Shown here: positions 10,730-20,844 of the stretch, in pieces
Position numbering within the stretch: the first letter of the stretch is position 1
Layout of the letters: each line of letters opens with the position of its first letter
From: an uncultured delta proteobacterium
Lineage (GTDB): Bacteria; Desulfobacterota; Binatia; UBA9968
DNA length: 64,000 nucleotides
Reading direction: 5' to 3'
Assembly: GCA_963771465.1 (NCBI GenBank)
Contig: CAVYTU010000017.1
Coordinates: 896,001-960,000, forward strand
Notes under the pieces: model-generated
The model's input: the letters and a program-made list of their open reading frames with translations, nothing else
Told to the model about the DNA's origin: nothing
The model's database searches: none
Program-made: the position numbers and the translations under genes

Positions 10730-10794
10730 GAGGATCGCTGATGGAGGATAGATGATCGCGGTTTTCTATCCTCAATTTTCCATCCTCTATCCTC
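10730..10794. repeat. Inverted array of degenerate heptamers forming an intergenic hairpin
   Basis: GAGGATC GCTGATG GAGGATA GATGATC (10730-10757), then TATCCTC AATTTTC CATCCTC TATCCTC (10767-10794). Confidence 0.7.
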
Positions 10795-10840
10795 AACCCT
10801 GCGAGTTCGCTATCTTGGAACGCTGAGTCGAGCAAACGTC

Positions 10841-11488
10841 ATGAATAGCGAAAATTTCTTGGAAGAAATCCTGACGCCGGTGCATGAGTTTTGCCGCCAG
10901 CTCGACGCCAAACCGCCGGCCTATTGTTACGTGCCGCTCGGCACGGATGCGGAACGCATTCGGGTCATGCAGAGCCGGCTGTTTAACGAATTGCGAGCCG
11001 CGGATTTATTCGGCACCTGGCTCAGGACGACGCCGGAGCTCGACGTCAAAGCGACGATGGCCGAATCAGCTCACGAAGAGATGGTCCATGCGCAATTATT
11101 GTCCAAGCGGCTTCGCGACCTCGGCGCCGAGCCGTTCGACTACAGGCCGCTGCCGGCGCAGATCGCCATGTTCAACGCCATGGAAGGGCTCAACGAAACC
11201 TGCGAGCGCATCGCCGGACTATCGTTGGCCGGGGAGACCGTCGCCAACTACTTGATCCAAATGTGTCTTAAATCGCCGGACGTGCCCGAGTGGATCAAGC
11301 AGCCCTATCGCAAGATCACCGAGGACGAAGAAGGTCACGGTAGTGTGCCGCAAGAATTTCTCAAACGTTATGCCATTACGGAAGAGCGCCAAGACAAAGT
11401 GCGCCGCGCGGTGGCGATGCGCATGGTTTTGTTCCGCGAGTATCTCGCCAGTTTGGACCGCTGGTCGATGGGAATCGATCGGTGGTAA
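10841..11488 (+). CDS. Ferritin-like (di-iron) domain protein
   Basis: Two ExxH motifs (EEMVH, DEEGH) with preceding Glu helices. Confidence 0.75.
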   Translation: MNSENFLEEILTPVHEFCRQLDAKPPAYCYVPLGTDAERIRVMQSRLFNELRAADLFGTWLRTTPELDVKATMAESAHEEMVHAQLLSKRLRDLGAEPFDYRPLPAQIAMFNAMEGLNETCERIAGLSLAGETVANYLIQMCLKSPDVPEWIKQPYRKITEDEEGHGSVPQEFLKRYAITEERQDKVRRAVAMRMVLFREYLASLDRWSMGIDRW

Positions 11489-11553
11489 AGGTCGACAATT
11501 TTTACGGTTTAGTATTACAGTAGCGTGAATTAAAAAATGGATAGGAGAGATTG

Positions 11554-12483
11554 ATGAAGATTCTGTTCTTCGACGATTTCAAACTCGGCGTGGTCAAGGG
11601 CGACAACGTCGTCGACGTATCGGCTGTGGTGCACGATATTCCACACCTTGGCCCGCATGATTTGATTAGCGGTTTGATCGAGCGCTTCGCTGATCATCGC
11701 GGCGCCTTGGAAAAGGCGGTTGCGGCCGGCACCGGCGTGCCGCTCAAACAGGTGCGCATTCGGCCGCCGCTGCCGCGGCCGGTCAATATCGATTGCATGG
11801 CGGTAAACTATATGGAAGACGGCACGCGCAAAGAGCCGGCGCCCATCAACGCCTTTCATAAATCACCGGGCTCCGTCATTGGCGACGGCGACACGATGAT
11901 ATTGCCCGATGTACCTGCGCCGATCTTCGAAGGCGAGGCCGAGATGGCGCTCGTCATCGGCAAACGCGCGGACAACGTGCCTGCCGCTAAGGCGATGGAT
12001 TACGTTTTCGGTTATTTGAATTTCATCGACGGCTCGGCGCGCGGCTTGCCGCCGGCGGGAAACACTTTTTATCAAATGAAGTCGCGCGCCACTTTCGGTC
12101 CCATGGGACCTTATATCGTGACTGCTGACGAAATTAAGGACCCGCATAATCTCCAGGTCCGATTGTGGAACAACGGCACTTTGATGCAGAACTACAACAC
12201 CAGTGACATGGCGCATAAAATTCCCCGCTGCATCGAATGGATTACGTCGATCCATCCACTTGAGGTGGGTGACGTGCTGGCGTTGGGCACCAACCACCGC
12301 GGCCTCAATCCGTTTCAGGACGGCGACCAGATCGAGATTGAAACCGAACCGCTGGGCCGTCTGCATGTGAAAGTTCGCGATGATCTCAAGCGTACTTGGG
12401 CGCGGGAGACCCGCCTGCAACGCCACGACAAAGGGGAGGAAGGTCACACGTCGCAGCTTACCGGCAAATATGCCAAAGCTTAG
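11554..12483 (+). CDS. Fumarylacetoacetate hydrolase family protein
   Basis: AVNY, EGEAEMALVIG, K..ATFGPMGP, GDVLALGT. Confidence 0.9.
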   Translation: MKILFFDDFKLGVVKGDNVVDVSAVVHDIPHLGPHDLISGLIERFADHRGALEKAVAAGTGVPLKQVRIRPPLPRPVNIDCMAVNYMEDGTRKEPAPINAFHKSPGSVIGDGDTMILPDVPAPIFEGEAEMALVIGKRADNVPAAKAMDYVFGYLNFIDGSARGLPPAGNTFYQMKSRATFGPMGPYIVTADEIKDPHNLQVRLWNNGTLMQNYNTSDMAHKIPRCIEWITSIHPLEVGDVLALGTNHRGLNPFQDGDQIEIETEPLGRLHVKVRDDLKRTWARETRLQRHDKGEEGHTSQLTGKYAKA

Positions 12484-12596
12484 TGCGTGCGATCGCGATT
12501 AAAGGCTATCTTGGACCGGCGAGCTGCGCGCTTGACGCCGCGCTGCTCGCCGGATTATTCCGCTGTTAATTTCACGCTGAGTCGTAGCGATATTCA

Positions 12597-13619
12597 TTGA
12601 CGCCCACAGTGATTTCTTCACCTGATCGCATCTCACGCCGACACCAGCTACGGCCGCTCAACGGAGCGTTGTGGTTCGTGTTGTGCGCGCTCTTGTCGTG
12701 CACAACTGTCAGCGCGCCGCCCCAGGATCCGGGATTCTACCCAGGCCAGCTGCGGATCGTTAAAGCGCAAAACCTGTCGGAAGAGCAACGGCGGGTCGAG
12801 GCGCGCTTCGCGGCATATTTAGAAAGCCGCACCGATGAGGCGATTGCCCGCTATCACGCCAAGTACGGCACGGAGATCAACACCGACAACGTGCGCGAGC
12901 TGTCCATCGACTATGCGCCGGGCGGAATGGATGCGGAGGATGGCGCCACGGTAAACGCGCGCACGCGCTGGGGCGATGCGGTGCATGAACCGGCGAGCGC
13001 GCTGACCCGGGAGATTTACCGCCGCGCGCTGCTTAAAAAAACCCCGCCGAAGCGGCGCCGGCAGGTGGTTTTTGTCGTCGGCGGCGCCGGTGTTGGCAAG
13101 ACCACGAGTATCCGCAACCTCTCGGACCTACGCAATGCGGTGGAAGCCTCAGAGATCGTTTACGATACCATTTTCGCCGGCTATCGTTCAGCGTTAGAGC
13201 GTGTCAATCAAGCCCTCGATGCCGGACGCATGGTGAGCCTGGTGTTTGTCTATCGCGATCCGATGGACTCGTTCGTCGACGGTATGCTGCCGCGCGCCAA
13301 ACGCGGCGGCCGGACGTTACCGTTGGACGTCTACGTCAACTCTCACGTCGGCGCGCTGGAAACTTTTCCCAGGCTCGCTGACAACTTTAAGGACGACCGC
13401 CGGCTTTCATTCGCCGTCATCGATAACAGCCGGGGCATGGCCAACGCAGTGGTGGCTGATGTCGACTTCGTCAAGTCGACGGCGCGCAAGTTTTCCCGCG
13501 AGACATTAAAACTCGAGGTCACGCGGGCATTGGAGCAAGCTTATGAAAAGGGCAAAAAAGGCGACCAGGACGGAATTTCTGAAATGCTCTACCGAGCAAT
13601 TAAAGGCGATGGATCTTGA
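12597..13619 (+). CDS. Putative lipoprotein with zeta-toxin-like P-loop kinase domain
   Basis: Hydrophobic stretch ending LLSC (lipobox-like); INTDNVRE, VHEPAS, Walker A GGAGVGKT, VYDT, GGRT..H; start codon uncertain. Confidence 0.7.
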   Translation: MTPTVISSPDRISRRHQLRPLNGALWFVLCALLSCTTVSAPPQDPGFYPGQLRIVKAQNLSEEQRRVEARFAAYLESRTDEAIARYHAKYGTEINTDNVRELSIDYAPGGMDAEDGATVNARTRWGDAVHEPASALTREIYRRALLKKTPPKRRRQVVFVVGGAGVGKTTSIRNLSDLRNAVEASEIVYDTIFAGYRSALERVNQALDAGRMVSLVFVYRDPMDSFVDGMLPRAKRGGRTLPLDVYVNSHVGALETFPRLADNFKDDRRLSFAVIDNSRGMANAVVADVDFVKSTARKFSRETLKLEVTRALEQAYEKGKKGDQDGISEMLYRAIKGDGS

Positions 13620-13722
13620 CACTTACACGAAACATCTGGCTGGCGCGATGGTCGAAGCGCTCAACTCGACCACCGAGCGGGAAAAATCGTCAGGCGGCGG
13701 CAACGATAAAAAGCGCAAGTGA
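13609..13722 (+). CDS. 37-aa small ORF overlapping the zeta-like gene end
   Basis: ATG at 13609 overlaps the upstream stop; MDLDTYTKHLAGAMVEALNSTTEREKSSGGGNDKKRK; fills the operon gap. Confidence 0.45.
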   Translation: MDLDTYTKHLAGAMVEALNSTTEREKSSGGGNDKKRK

Positions 13723-13731
13723 GGGGTTGGC

Positions 13732-14460
13732 GTGAAGTTTGTGACCTGGCTATCGAAAAAGTCCATCGGGCAAGTTCTTTATCGATCGCTTGCCGTTTCG
13801 ATTCTAGTTGGAGCGGGAGTCGCTCATGGGGCGGAAAACGACGACTCGGAGCGCACCGCACAGGCGATCTACAAGGAGCTGGTCGGAATCGAACGAAGCG
13901 TTCATCGGACGGTGCGCCAAACTGAGGGCGCCGAGAGGATTAGCAAGACATTGGATGAGCTGATGGGCAAATACGATTTGACGCCGCGCAGCAGTGATTG
14001 CCCGGTGTTTTTTGCCCAGGCAACCGTGCAATCGCAATTCAGCGGGTCAGGTATATTTCAAAAGGCGAGCATTAGTGATGTTGCGGCCATGTTGAAATCT
14101 GGAAAAATCACGCCGGATGCCGTGCCCGTCAGTTTCGTTTGGTTGGACGGTAAGCGAGTGACGGTAAACAATCGCTCGCTGACCGCGCTCTATAAGGCGG
14201 GACTGCGGCCGGCAAAATTAATCGATCAATCGGGAAAGTTGCGTCGGCAAGGCAGTGAGTCGCTCGAATCAGTACTGCAACGGATTGACGGCATGGCCGG
14301 CAAACCATCGACGGAAATGCTCGTGCGCGTCGCCGGCCACGATAGCGCCGGAACGTGGCGGGAAGCCATCGACTGGCGCGCTCCCATCGGCGAGATCGTC
14401 AGCATGCCGGAGGAATTGTTGGCCCATGCCCGAGTCTGCGATAAAAGCGCTGGCAAGTAA
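13732..14460 (+). CDS. Exported protein with ParB/Srx-like domain resembling Rhs C-terminal toxins
   Basis: Signal-like N-terminus ending VAHG/A; FAQ...F...SISDVAAMLKSGKITPDAVPV...NNRSLTAL..AG pattern. Confidence 0.55.
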   Translation: MKFVTWLSKKSIGQVLYRSLAVSILVGAGVAHGAENDDSERTAQAIYKELVGIERSVHRTVRQTEGAERISKTLDELMGKYDLTPRSSDCPVFFAQATVQSQFSGSGIFQKASISDVAAMLKSGKITPDAVPVSFVWLDGKRVTVNNRSLTALYKAGLRPAKLIDQSGKLRRQGSESLESVLQRIDGMAGKPSTEMLVRVAGHDSAGTWREAIDWRAPIGEIVSMPEELLAHARVCDKSAGK

Positions 14461-14467
14461 CCGTCCA

Positions 14468-16249
14468 ATGAGTTTTGCTAAAAAGCTGAAGCTAATTGCA
14501 AATTCGCTTCGTGCGCCGGCGGATTTCTGTCGCGTTCTCGCCGGGACTGGGATCGTTTTGTCGGCGCTGCTGATGGTGTCGAGCGCGAGCTCGGCTCAAC
14601 CGGCCGGCAGCCTGCTGTATTTCGCCAATGAGGAATTTAGACTTGCCAAGGTCATCGAGCGCAAAGAGATTTTAGATTATCGGGTTGTTGCGGCAGGAGA
14701 GCGTCGCTATCGCGAAACGTTTTTCGACAGCGCCGACCTATACCTTTTCGAACGGCGCATGTTTTATCGCGTTAAAGACGGCTTTGATGGTAAAGCGCGA
14801 GTCGAATTCTACGCCGGTCATTCTGCTAACAAGGACTCTGCCGCGAACATCGTTCATTCCGCGGCGCTCCCTGCTCGTACGGTGCTGGCGGTTGGCAATG
14901 GGCAGCTGGACGATCCAGCGTTGCGCAGCGGTCTGCCCGTGCCAACTACTCGGGAGTTCAAAAATATTCTGCTGACGGCGGAGTACGCCAAACACAGCGT
15001 CACGCTGGAACGCCGCGGAAAAGCGGAATTCTTAGTCAGCCTGTTGGCAGGCACCTTCGTCGGCGTTAGTGGAAAAAAAATTCAGATAGGGTTTCTCGCG
15101 CTGGAGATTCAGCCCATCGCGAGCCGCGTCACAGCGGTCCATTTCGGCGAGATCAAACGCATTGTAGATTCCTTGTCGGCGGAGGTGCGCCTCGCGCCCG
15201 ATCCCATGACGCTTTACAGCCGCGGTATCGAAAAGGCCGTTTTGCTGCGACCGGATGAACGGCGGCTCCAACCGCTGCGTGTGGTTGGCGGCGCTAGGGG
15301 CAGCGGCTTCGATCAATTCGATCAGCCGGACGCGGTCGCCTTTACACTCGACGGGCGATTGGTGGCGGGGGATACCGATAACGCGCGCTTCAAGATTTAC
15401 AGCTTCGGCGAACAAACCCAGTCAGTGCAAATCATCGGCGCCGAGGGAACAGCTGCCGGAGAATTCGGCCATGGGCTGGCGGCGACTCTCGGGAGCTTTA
15501 AGATTTTCCATCAAGTGCAAGGCATCGCTGTCGATAGCAACGGTCTGATTTATGTCATCGATCAGGGTAATCAACGCATTCAGCTATTCGATGGCGCAGG
15601 CAAAGTGCAGCCGGAGAAAAATATCCCCTTTCGTTTTTGCACAAAGGAAGCGCCGCGCTGCGCCGACGGTCTGTGGCGACCGAGTAATAAAATTGAATAC
15701 AACGGCATCCAAGGAATCGCTATCGATGCCGATGGCGGGGTGTACATTTCCGATAAGGGCACGAGTCGCGTTTATCGGCTCCTGCCCGGCGGTAAGCGGG
15801 ACCCAAATTTTAATTTGCAGGAAGTGGAGCCGGCGAGCGGCGAGCCCATGCTCAAGGAACCGGAATCGCTCGTGCTGCATCAGAATAAACTGTTTGTCTC
15901 CAACGAGGGCAGCGGTGAAATCAAAATGTTCGATCGGAGAACCGGCAGGGCAATCGGACCGGGCGCGGGTTTCGGCGCTCAAGTTTTCAGCGGCAAGGCG
16001 GAAGGGCTCGCGGTGACGGGTGATTATCTATTCGCCGTCGATGTGCAGAACACGCGTATCGCGGTGTTCGATTTGACCGGCGAGAATCCTAAATATTTGT
16101 TAGGTTTCGTCGGCGACTTTCAGTCGGCTGACGGTATCGCCATCGACCCCACCGGGAAATATGTCGCCATCGCCGATCAGGGCAATTTGCGCGTTCTCTT
16201 GTATTCGTTGCCAGAGATGTTGCGCCATTTGGCCGGCCTTAAGAGGTGA
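14468..16249 (+). CDS. Exported CYTH-like plus NHL-repeat beta-propeller protein
   Basis: Signal peptide (..SSASSA/Q); ETFFDSADLYL...YRV CYTH-like motif; repeated GIAVD/GIAID...D.GN.RI NHL blades. Confidence 0.65.
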   Translation: MSFAKKLKLIANSLRAPADFCRVLAGTGIVLSALLMVSSASSAQPAGSLLYFANEEFRLAKVIERKEILDYRVVAAGERRYRETFFDSADLYLFERRMFYRVKDGFDGKARVEFYAGHSANKDSAANIVHSAALPARTVLAVGNGQLDDPALRSGLPVPTTREFKNILLTAEYAKHSVTLERRGKAEFLVSLLAGTFVGVSGKKIQIGFLALEIQPIASRVTAVHFGEIKRIVDSLSAEVRLAPDPMTLYSRGIEKAVLLRPDERRLQPLRVVGGARGSGFDQFDQPDAVAFTLDGRLVAGDTDNARFKIYSFGEQTQSVQIIGAEGTAAGEFGHGLAATLGSFKIFHQVQGIAVDSNGLIYVIDQGNQRIQLFDGAGKVQPEKNIPFRFCTKEAPRCADGLWRPSNKIEYNGIQGIAIDADGGVYISDKGTSRVYRLLPGGKRDPNFNLQEVEPASGEPMLKEPESLVLHQNKLFVSNEGSGEIKMFDRRTGRAIGPGAGFGAQVFSGKAEGLAVTGDYLFAVDVQNTRIAVFDLTGENPKYLLGFVGDFQSADGIAIDPTGKYVAIADQGNLRVLLYSLPEMLRHLAGLKR

Positions 16250-16462
16250 GTTAATCATCATCGCATTATTGTGGCCATTCGGCATGCCATCGGTTATACG
16301 AACGAAAATACTTCAACGGGGACAACTCATGAACAAATCGAGTCTGATCGCTGTCAATTAGCTTAATTCGCAAATCGAGGTAGAGCCGTTCGTTGCAAAA
16401 GGTCAGTATGCCGAGCGGTCATTGTTTTTGACGACCACTCACATACGAAAAAGGGAAAGCAA

Positions 16463-18325
16463 ATGAAAACCACTAAGCGGGCGCTCAAGATGAGCAATCA
16501 GCAAACGAAAAAATCGACCATCGACCGGCCGCAGAATCTCGGCAAGCCGCAAATGAAGTGGGGCAGCGACGTGGTCGCCGAAGTCACGCGTCGGCTCGAC
16601 CTTAAGTATATCGCGCTGGTGCCTGGCGCCAGCTATCGCGGTTTTCATGACAGCATCGTCAACTATCTCGGTAACGACAATCCGCAGATGGTTATCTGTC
16701 TGCACGAGGAGCACGCGGTTTCCATCGCCGATGGTTATGGCAAAGTAACCGAGACGCCGATGGCCGTGGCGTTGCATGCCAACGTCGGCCTGATGCACGC
16801 GACCATGCCGATCTTCAATGCCTGGTGCGATCGCACACCGATGATTATTTTTGGCGCTAACGGACCGGTGGACGCGCACCGGCGCCGGCCGTGGATCGAT
16901 TGGATTCATACGGCGAAGGACCAAGCGTCGATGATCCGCAATTACACCAAGTGGGACGATCAGCCGGCGTCGCCGCAAGCGGCTGTGGAGTCGGTGTTGC
17001 GAGCCAATCAGATCAGCCGGACGGCGCCCTACGGACCGGTTTATATTTGCCTCGATGCCGGTCTGCAGGAAGCGCCGCTCACCGAGGAGATCTCGATTCC
17101 CGATCCGGCGCGTTTCCGACCGGCGCCGACGCCCGCGGTACCCGCCGATTCATTGGCGCAAGTCGTCAAAGCAATCGGCAAAGCAAAGTTTCCACTGATT
17201 CTCATGGGCCGGGTTTCGCGCAAGCAAGCGGACTGGGAACGGCGCGTGCGTTTCGCCGAAGCGATCGGCGCCGCCGTTTTGACCAGCAGCAATGATCCAG
17301 CGGCTTTTCCGACTACACACGCGTTGCATGTCGCGCCGCCCTGCGTGCGGCCGAACAAAGGCGCGATGGCGCTGATCGAAAAAGCGGATTTGATCATGAG
17401 TCTGGATTGGTTGGACCTTGCCGGTATCTTGCGTCTGGCCCTTGGCGATGCGCAAACCCAGAAGCCGACCGGTAAGACAGTCGTTCACTGCTCCGTCGAT
17501 AATTATCGCACCAATGGTTGGAGCATGGATCATCAGGCGCTCGCTGCCGTCGACATACCCATTCTCGCTGAGCCCGATCAATTGGTTGCGCAGTTGCTCG
17601 AAGCAATGGCCGTCAAGCATGACGGCAAGATCAAGCGCCGGCCGGCAATGAAGCAGCTTGGCCATTGGAATCAGGCGTCCTTAGTCGCCGCTGCCGCAAA
17701 AGGCGGTACGCGGATGACCCAGTGGGACATGGCGATGACGGTGCGATCTTTTGCTAAAAACAAACCGGTGACGTTCTCGCGTCTGCCGATCGGCTGGCCG
17801 GGAGAAGCTTACGATTTCGACGGCCCGCTGTCGTTTATGGGCAATGACGGCGGCGGCGCCGTCGGTACCGGTCCGGGACACACGATCGGCGCGGCCTTGG
17901 CGCTCAAAGACAGCGGCCGGCTAACCGTCGGTGTGCTCGGCGACGGAGATTATCTGATGGGTGTCAACGCACTGTGGACCGCGTCGCATTTCGATATTCC
18001 GGTGATGATCGTGGTGGCCGACAACCGGTCTTATTTCAACGACGAGATGCACCAGGAGCGGGTCGCGCAGATGCGCAGCCGTCCGGCGCAAAACCGCTGG
18101 ATCGGCCAGCAGATCGACAATCCGCGTGTGGATTTAGTATCGATGGCGCAGGCCCAAGGTTTCGACAGCGAAGCGCCGGTGTCGAGCGTTGAAGATTTGG
18201 CAAAGGCACTCAAACGCGGCGCCGAGGTCGTTGCCAACGGTGGGCGCTATTTCATCGATTCGATGATCGAGCCAGGTTACGCCGACAGCGGCCCGGATCA
18301 GCGCTCGGGCGGCGAGAAAAAATAG
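16463..18325 (+). CDS. Thiamine-diphosphate-dependent enzyme (acetolactate synthase/benzoylformate decarboxylase-like)
   Basis: HEEHAV catalytic Glu; GDGD...DN ThDP motif. Confidence 0.88.
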   Translation: MKTTKRALKMSNQQTKKSTIDRPQNLGKPQMKWGSDVVAEVTRRLDLKYIALVPGASYRGFHDSIVNYLGNDNPQMVICLHEEHAVSIADGYGKVTETPMAVALHANVGLMHATMPIFNAWCDRTPMIIFGANGPVDAHRRRPWIDWIHTAKDQASMIRNYTKWDDQPASPQAAVESVLRANQISRTAPYGPVYICLDAGLQEAPLTEEISIPDPARFRPAPTPAVPADSLAQVVKAIGKAKFPLILMGRVSRKQADWERRVRFAEAIGAAVLTSSNDPAAFPTTHALHVAPPCVRPNKGAMALIEKADLIMSLDWLDLAGILRLALGDAQTQKPTGKTVVHCSVDNYRTNGWSMDHQALAAVDIPILAEPDQLVAQLLEAMAVKHDGKIKRRPAMKQLGHWNQASLVAAAAKGGTRMTQWDMAMTVRSFAKNKPVTFSRLPIGWPGEAYDFDGPLSFMGNDGGGAVGTGPGHTIGAALALKDSGRLTVGVLGDGDYLMGVNALWTASHFDIPVMIVVADNRSYFNDEMHQERVAQMRSRPAQNRWIGQQIDNPRVDLVSMAQAQGFDSEAPVSSVEDLAKALKRGAEVVANGGRYFIDSMIEPGYADSGPDQRSGGEKK

Positions 18326-18379
18326 TTGCCGGGCGCAACGTGACGGCGTGAGCGAAATTGGCGCAATGGTCCGACGATT

Positions 18380-18560
18380 GATCTAGGCTGCGCGACAAAG
18401 GTGTGATCATGCTGCGCGAGCTGATGAAGAATGAAATTGCTAGAGTTCAGCGCGGGGAAGAGCCGATCGGCGTCTACCGAGATGCCAATCACGCCATGAT
18501 CGAGACAAACGTGGATGAAGGGGTGCGGGCAGATGCGCAGCGACGCGCGCTCGCCTTCGC
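18380..18560 (+). pseudogene. C-terminal fragment of a Rieske oxygenase (phthalate-dioxygenase-like)
   Basis: DKGVIMLRELMKNEIARVQRGEEPIGVYRD matches that family's C-terminus; no upstream Rieske domain; boundaries approximate. Confidence 0.55.
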
Positions 18561-18917
18561 AAGGCTCCTAAAAATGATCTGGCTAAGCGCTACCAAAGTG
18601 GTGCGCGGTGAGCCGGTTCTTCTCGTTAACGTTTTGCCGTGTCAGTTGTAGAGCGGGGCGAGCACAAGAATTGCGGCGATTACTTTCTTGATCTGTCGAA
18701 CGCAGAAACCGAAGAGTTTGGAATTGGCAGCTTGCCGCACAGCCGTAGGCCAGGTGGCCAAGCGCAATGCGGGTCAGTCAAGCTGGATTGTTATGTGAAG
18801 ACCGGTCGGTATCTATGATCGGTGCGAATTTCGCCACGTTTTTGCTGCCCGGTGCCTTAGTGGTTGTATCGTCGAACTTTGAACCTGAAAGGCGATCGGT
18901 TAATCCCGGTCGGCTGC

Positions 18918-20447
18918 TCAGTTTAGGTCGACGCTCAGGTCCGGTTCTTTGCCGGCTGAAACCGAGGGCTTGCGTCGGTTCGGATTGCGCAAGATCTGCA
19001 GTGACTTCTGTTCGATTTGGCGGATACGTTCGCGTGTGACGGCAAATTTCTCGCCAAGTTCTTCCAGTGTGTAGTCACGCCGCAGCTCGATTCCGAAGCG
19101 CATCCGCAGCACGGTTTCTTGGCGCGGCGTGAGCACGGCCAACGCTTTTCTCACTTCAGCACACACCATGCCGTCCATGACGCGGCTTTCCGGTTCAGGG
19201 TTGATGCGATCTTCGACAAAATCGCCGAGCTCATCGCCGTCTTCCCATACCGGAGTCTGAAGCGATACCGGATCGCTGTGAGTCTGCACTAGTTTAAACA
19301 TATCCGCGACCGACATCCCCAACTCTGTGGCGAGCGCCTCGGGGCTTGGATCGTGGCCGAGTTTACGTTGCATCTCACGCGCGGTTTGGAGCACTTTGTT
19401 GCGCGACTCGACGCGATGCACAGGGATACGGATAGTTTTTCCGGTGTCGATCAGGCCACGGGTGATGCCCTGGCGAATCCACCAACTGGCATAAGTGGAA
19501 AATCTAAAACCGAGACGGTAATCGAATTTATCGACGGCGCGCATGAGACCCAAGTTGCCCTCTTGGATTAGATCCAAGAAACCCAAGCCGCGGTTGATGT
19601 ATTTTTTGGCGATGCTGACGACCAGACGAAGGTTCGCTTCGGTGAATTCTTTTTTCGCTACCCGTGCGACGGTTTCGCCGGCGTCGATGGTTCCGGCCCG
19701 TGCGATGATCTCGGCCGCGGGCAGGCCGACCGACTCGACGACTCTTTTCAGCATCTCAGCGGTTTCTTCCCGCTTTGATTTTTTCGCGCTTCGAGCTTGA
19801 TATTCCAACGACTCGATACGCGCAGCCGCTTGTTTTAAACGGCCGACCAATTCATCGATGTGAGAGGTGGCAAGGTGAAGTTCTTTGATCAGATCGCCAA
19901 TCTTGGTGATGTATACCGCTTGTTTTTGGGTCAGCGCCGCTTGCCGGATTTTGGAGAGCCGTTTGTGGTTCAGTTCGCGGTCAATTAGGTCCTGGCTCTG
20001 ACGAAGCCGGCGCAGTTTGGCAATGGTATGCAAGAATGGCTTGGGATCGAGCAGGTGATTGCTCGCTAGTTCGTCGTCGACCTCTGGTTTTTCTAAAACC
20101 TCTTTGAGTTCGAGTTCTCCAGTAGCTACTGCTTGGGCGAGCTCGCCGATATAGCGCGATGCCATCGGCGTCGAAAACAGCGCGTGAAGAATTTGTTGCT
20201 GACCTTTCTCAATCGCCATGGCGAGCTCGATCTCGCGTTCGCGCGTGAGCAAGTGGACCGAGCCGATATCGCGAAGATATTGCTGCACCGAGCTGAGCGC
20301 AAAGTCCGACTCTTTGGTTTCGGGCTCGCCTTCATCACGCGGCTTGGCGCCGAATTCACTTTCCGGCTCGTGGTTTTCGACATTGGAAAAATCGCGGTTA
20401 TCTCGATTCTCTTCCAAGTCTCTCTCTGTGTGCAATTCAGGTAACAT
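18918..20447 (-). CDS. RpoD-family sigma-70 factor lacking region 1.1
   Basis: [20 protein letters not shown] (1.2), [40 protein letters not shown]...[10 protein letters not shown]. Confidence 0.92.
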   Translation of the reverse strand: MLPELHTERDLEENRDNRDFSNVENHEPESEFGAKPRDEGEPETKESDFALSSVQQYLRDIGSVHLLTREREIELAMAIEKGQQQILHALFSTPMASRYIGELAQAVATGELELKEVLEKPEVDDELASNHLLDPKPFLHTIAKLRRLRQSQDLIDRELNHKRLSKIRQAALTQKQAVYITKIGDLIKELHLATSHIDELVGRLKQAAARIESLEYQARSAKKSKREETAEMLKRVVESVGLPAAEIIARAGTIDAGETVARVAKKEFTEANLRLVVSIAKKYINRGLGFLDLIQEGNLGLMRAVDKFDYRLGFRFSTYASWWIRQGITRGLIDTGKTIRIPVHRVESRNKVLQTAREMQRKLGHDPSPEALATELGMSVADMFKLVQTHSDPVSLQTPVWEDGDELGDFVEDRINPEPESRVMDGMVCAEVRKALAVLTPRQETVLRMRFGIELRRDYTLEELGEKFAVTRERIRQIEQKSLQILRNPNRRKPSVSAGKEPDLSVDLN

Positions 20448-20844
20448 GATGCTCTCCTCAAATAACGGCTCAACGACCTATAAGGTTCCTCAACCGAGTG
20501 AGTTTTGTGCAAGGTCGGAATAGTAGATTAGACGTTCAAACCCCCGTCTCTGTTCAAAATCTGCGCTAATACTCAGGCCGGGCCGTTTGTTAATCGTGGA
20601 GGAATCGGATTGTGTTCTTTTCAAGTCGAATTCGCAATGGGGTCCATGCTTTAGACGATCTCCGACACATACGCAGCTCGCCTCTTTCAAGGTAAGGACG
20701 GCAATCTACCCTGTCAAGGTTGGCAGGCGATTCGTGAGCCAATTTCTCTGATTTGTTCGTAATATCGCAAGTTAGCACATGATGAATTTACGGATGTCGC
20801 AAAATCGGCCACTTAAAACGCATGAATCTGTGTGGTTTACTGAT

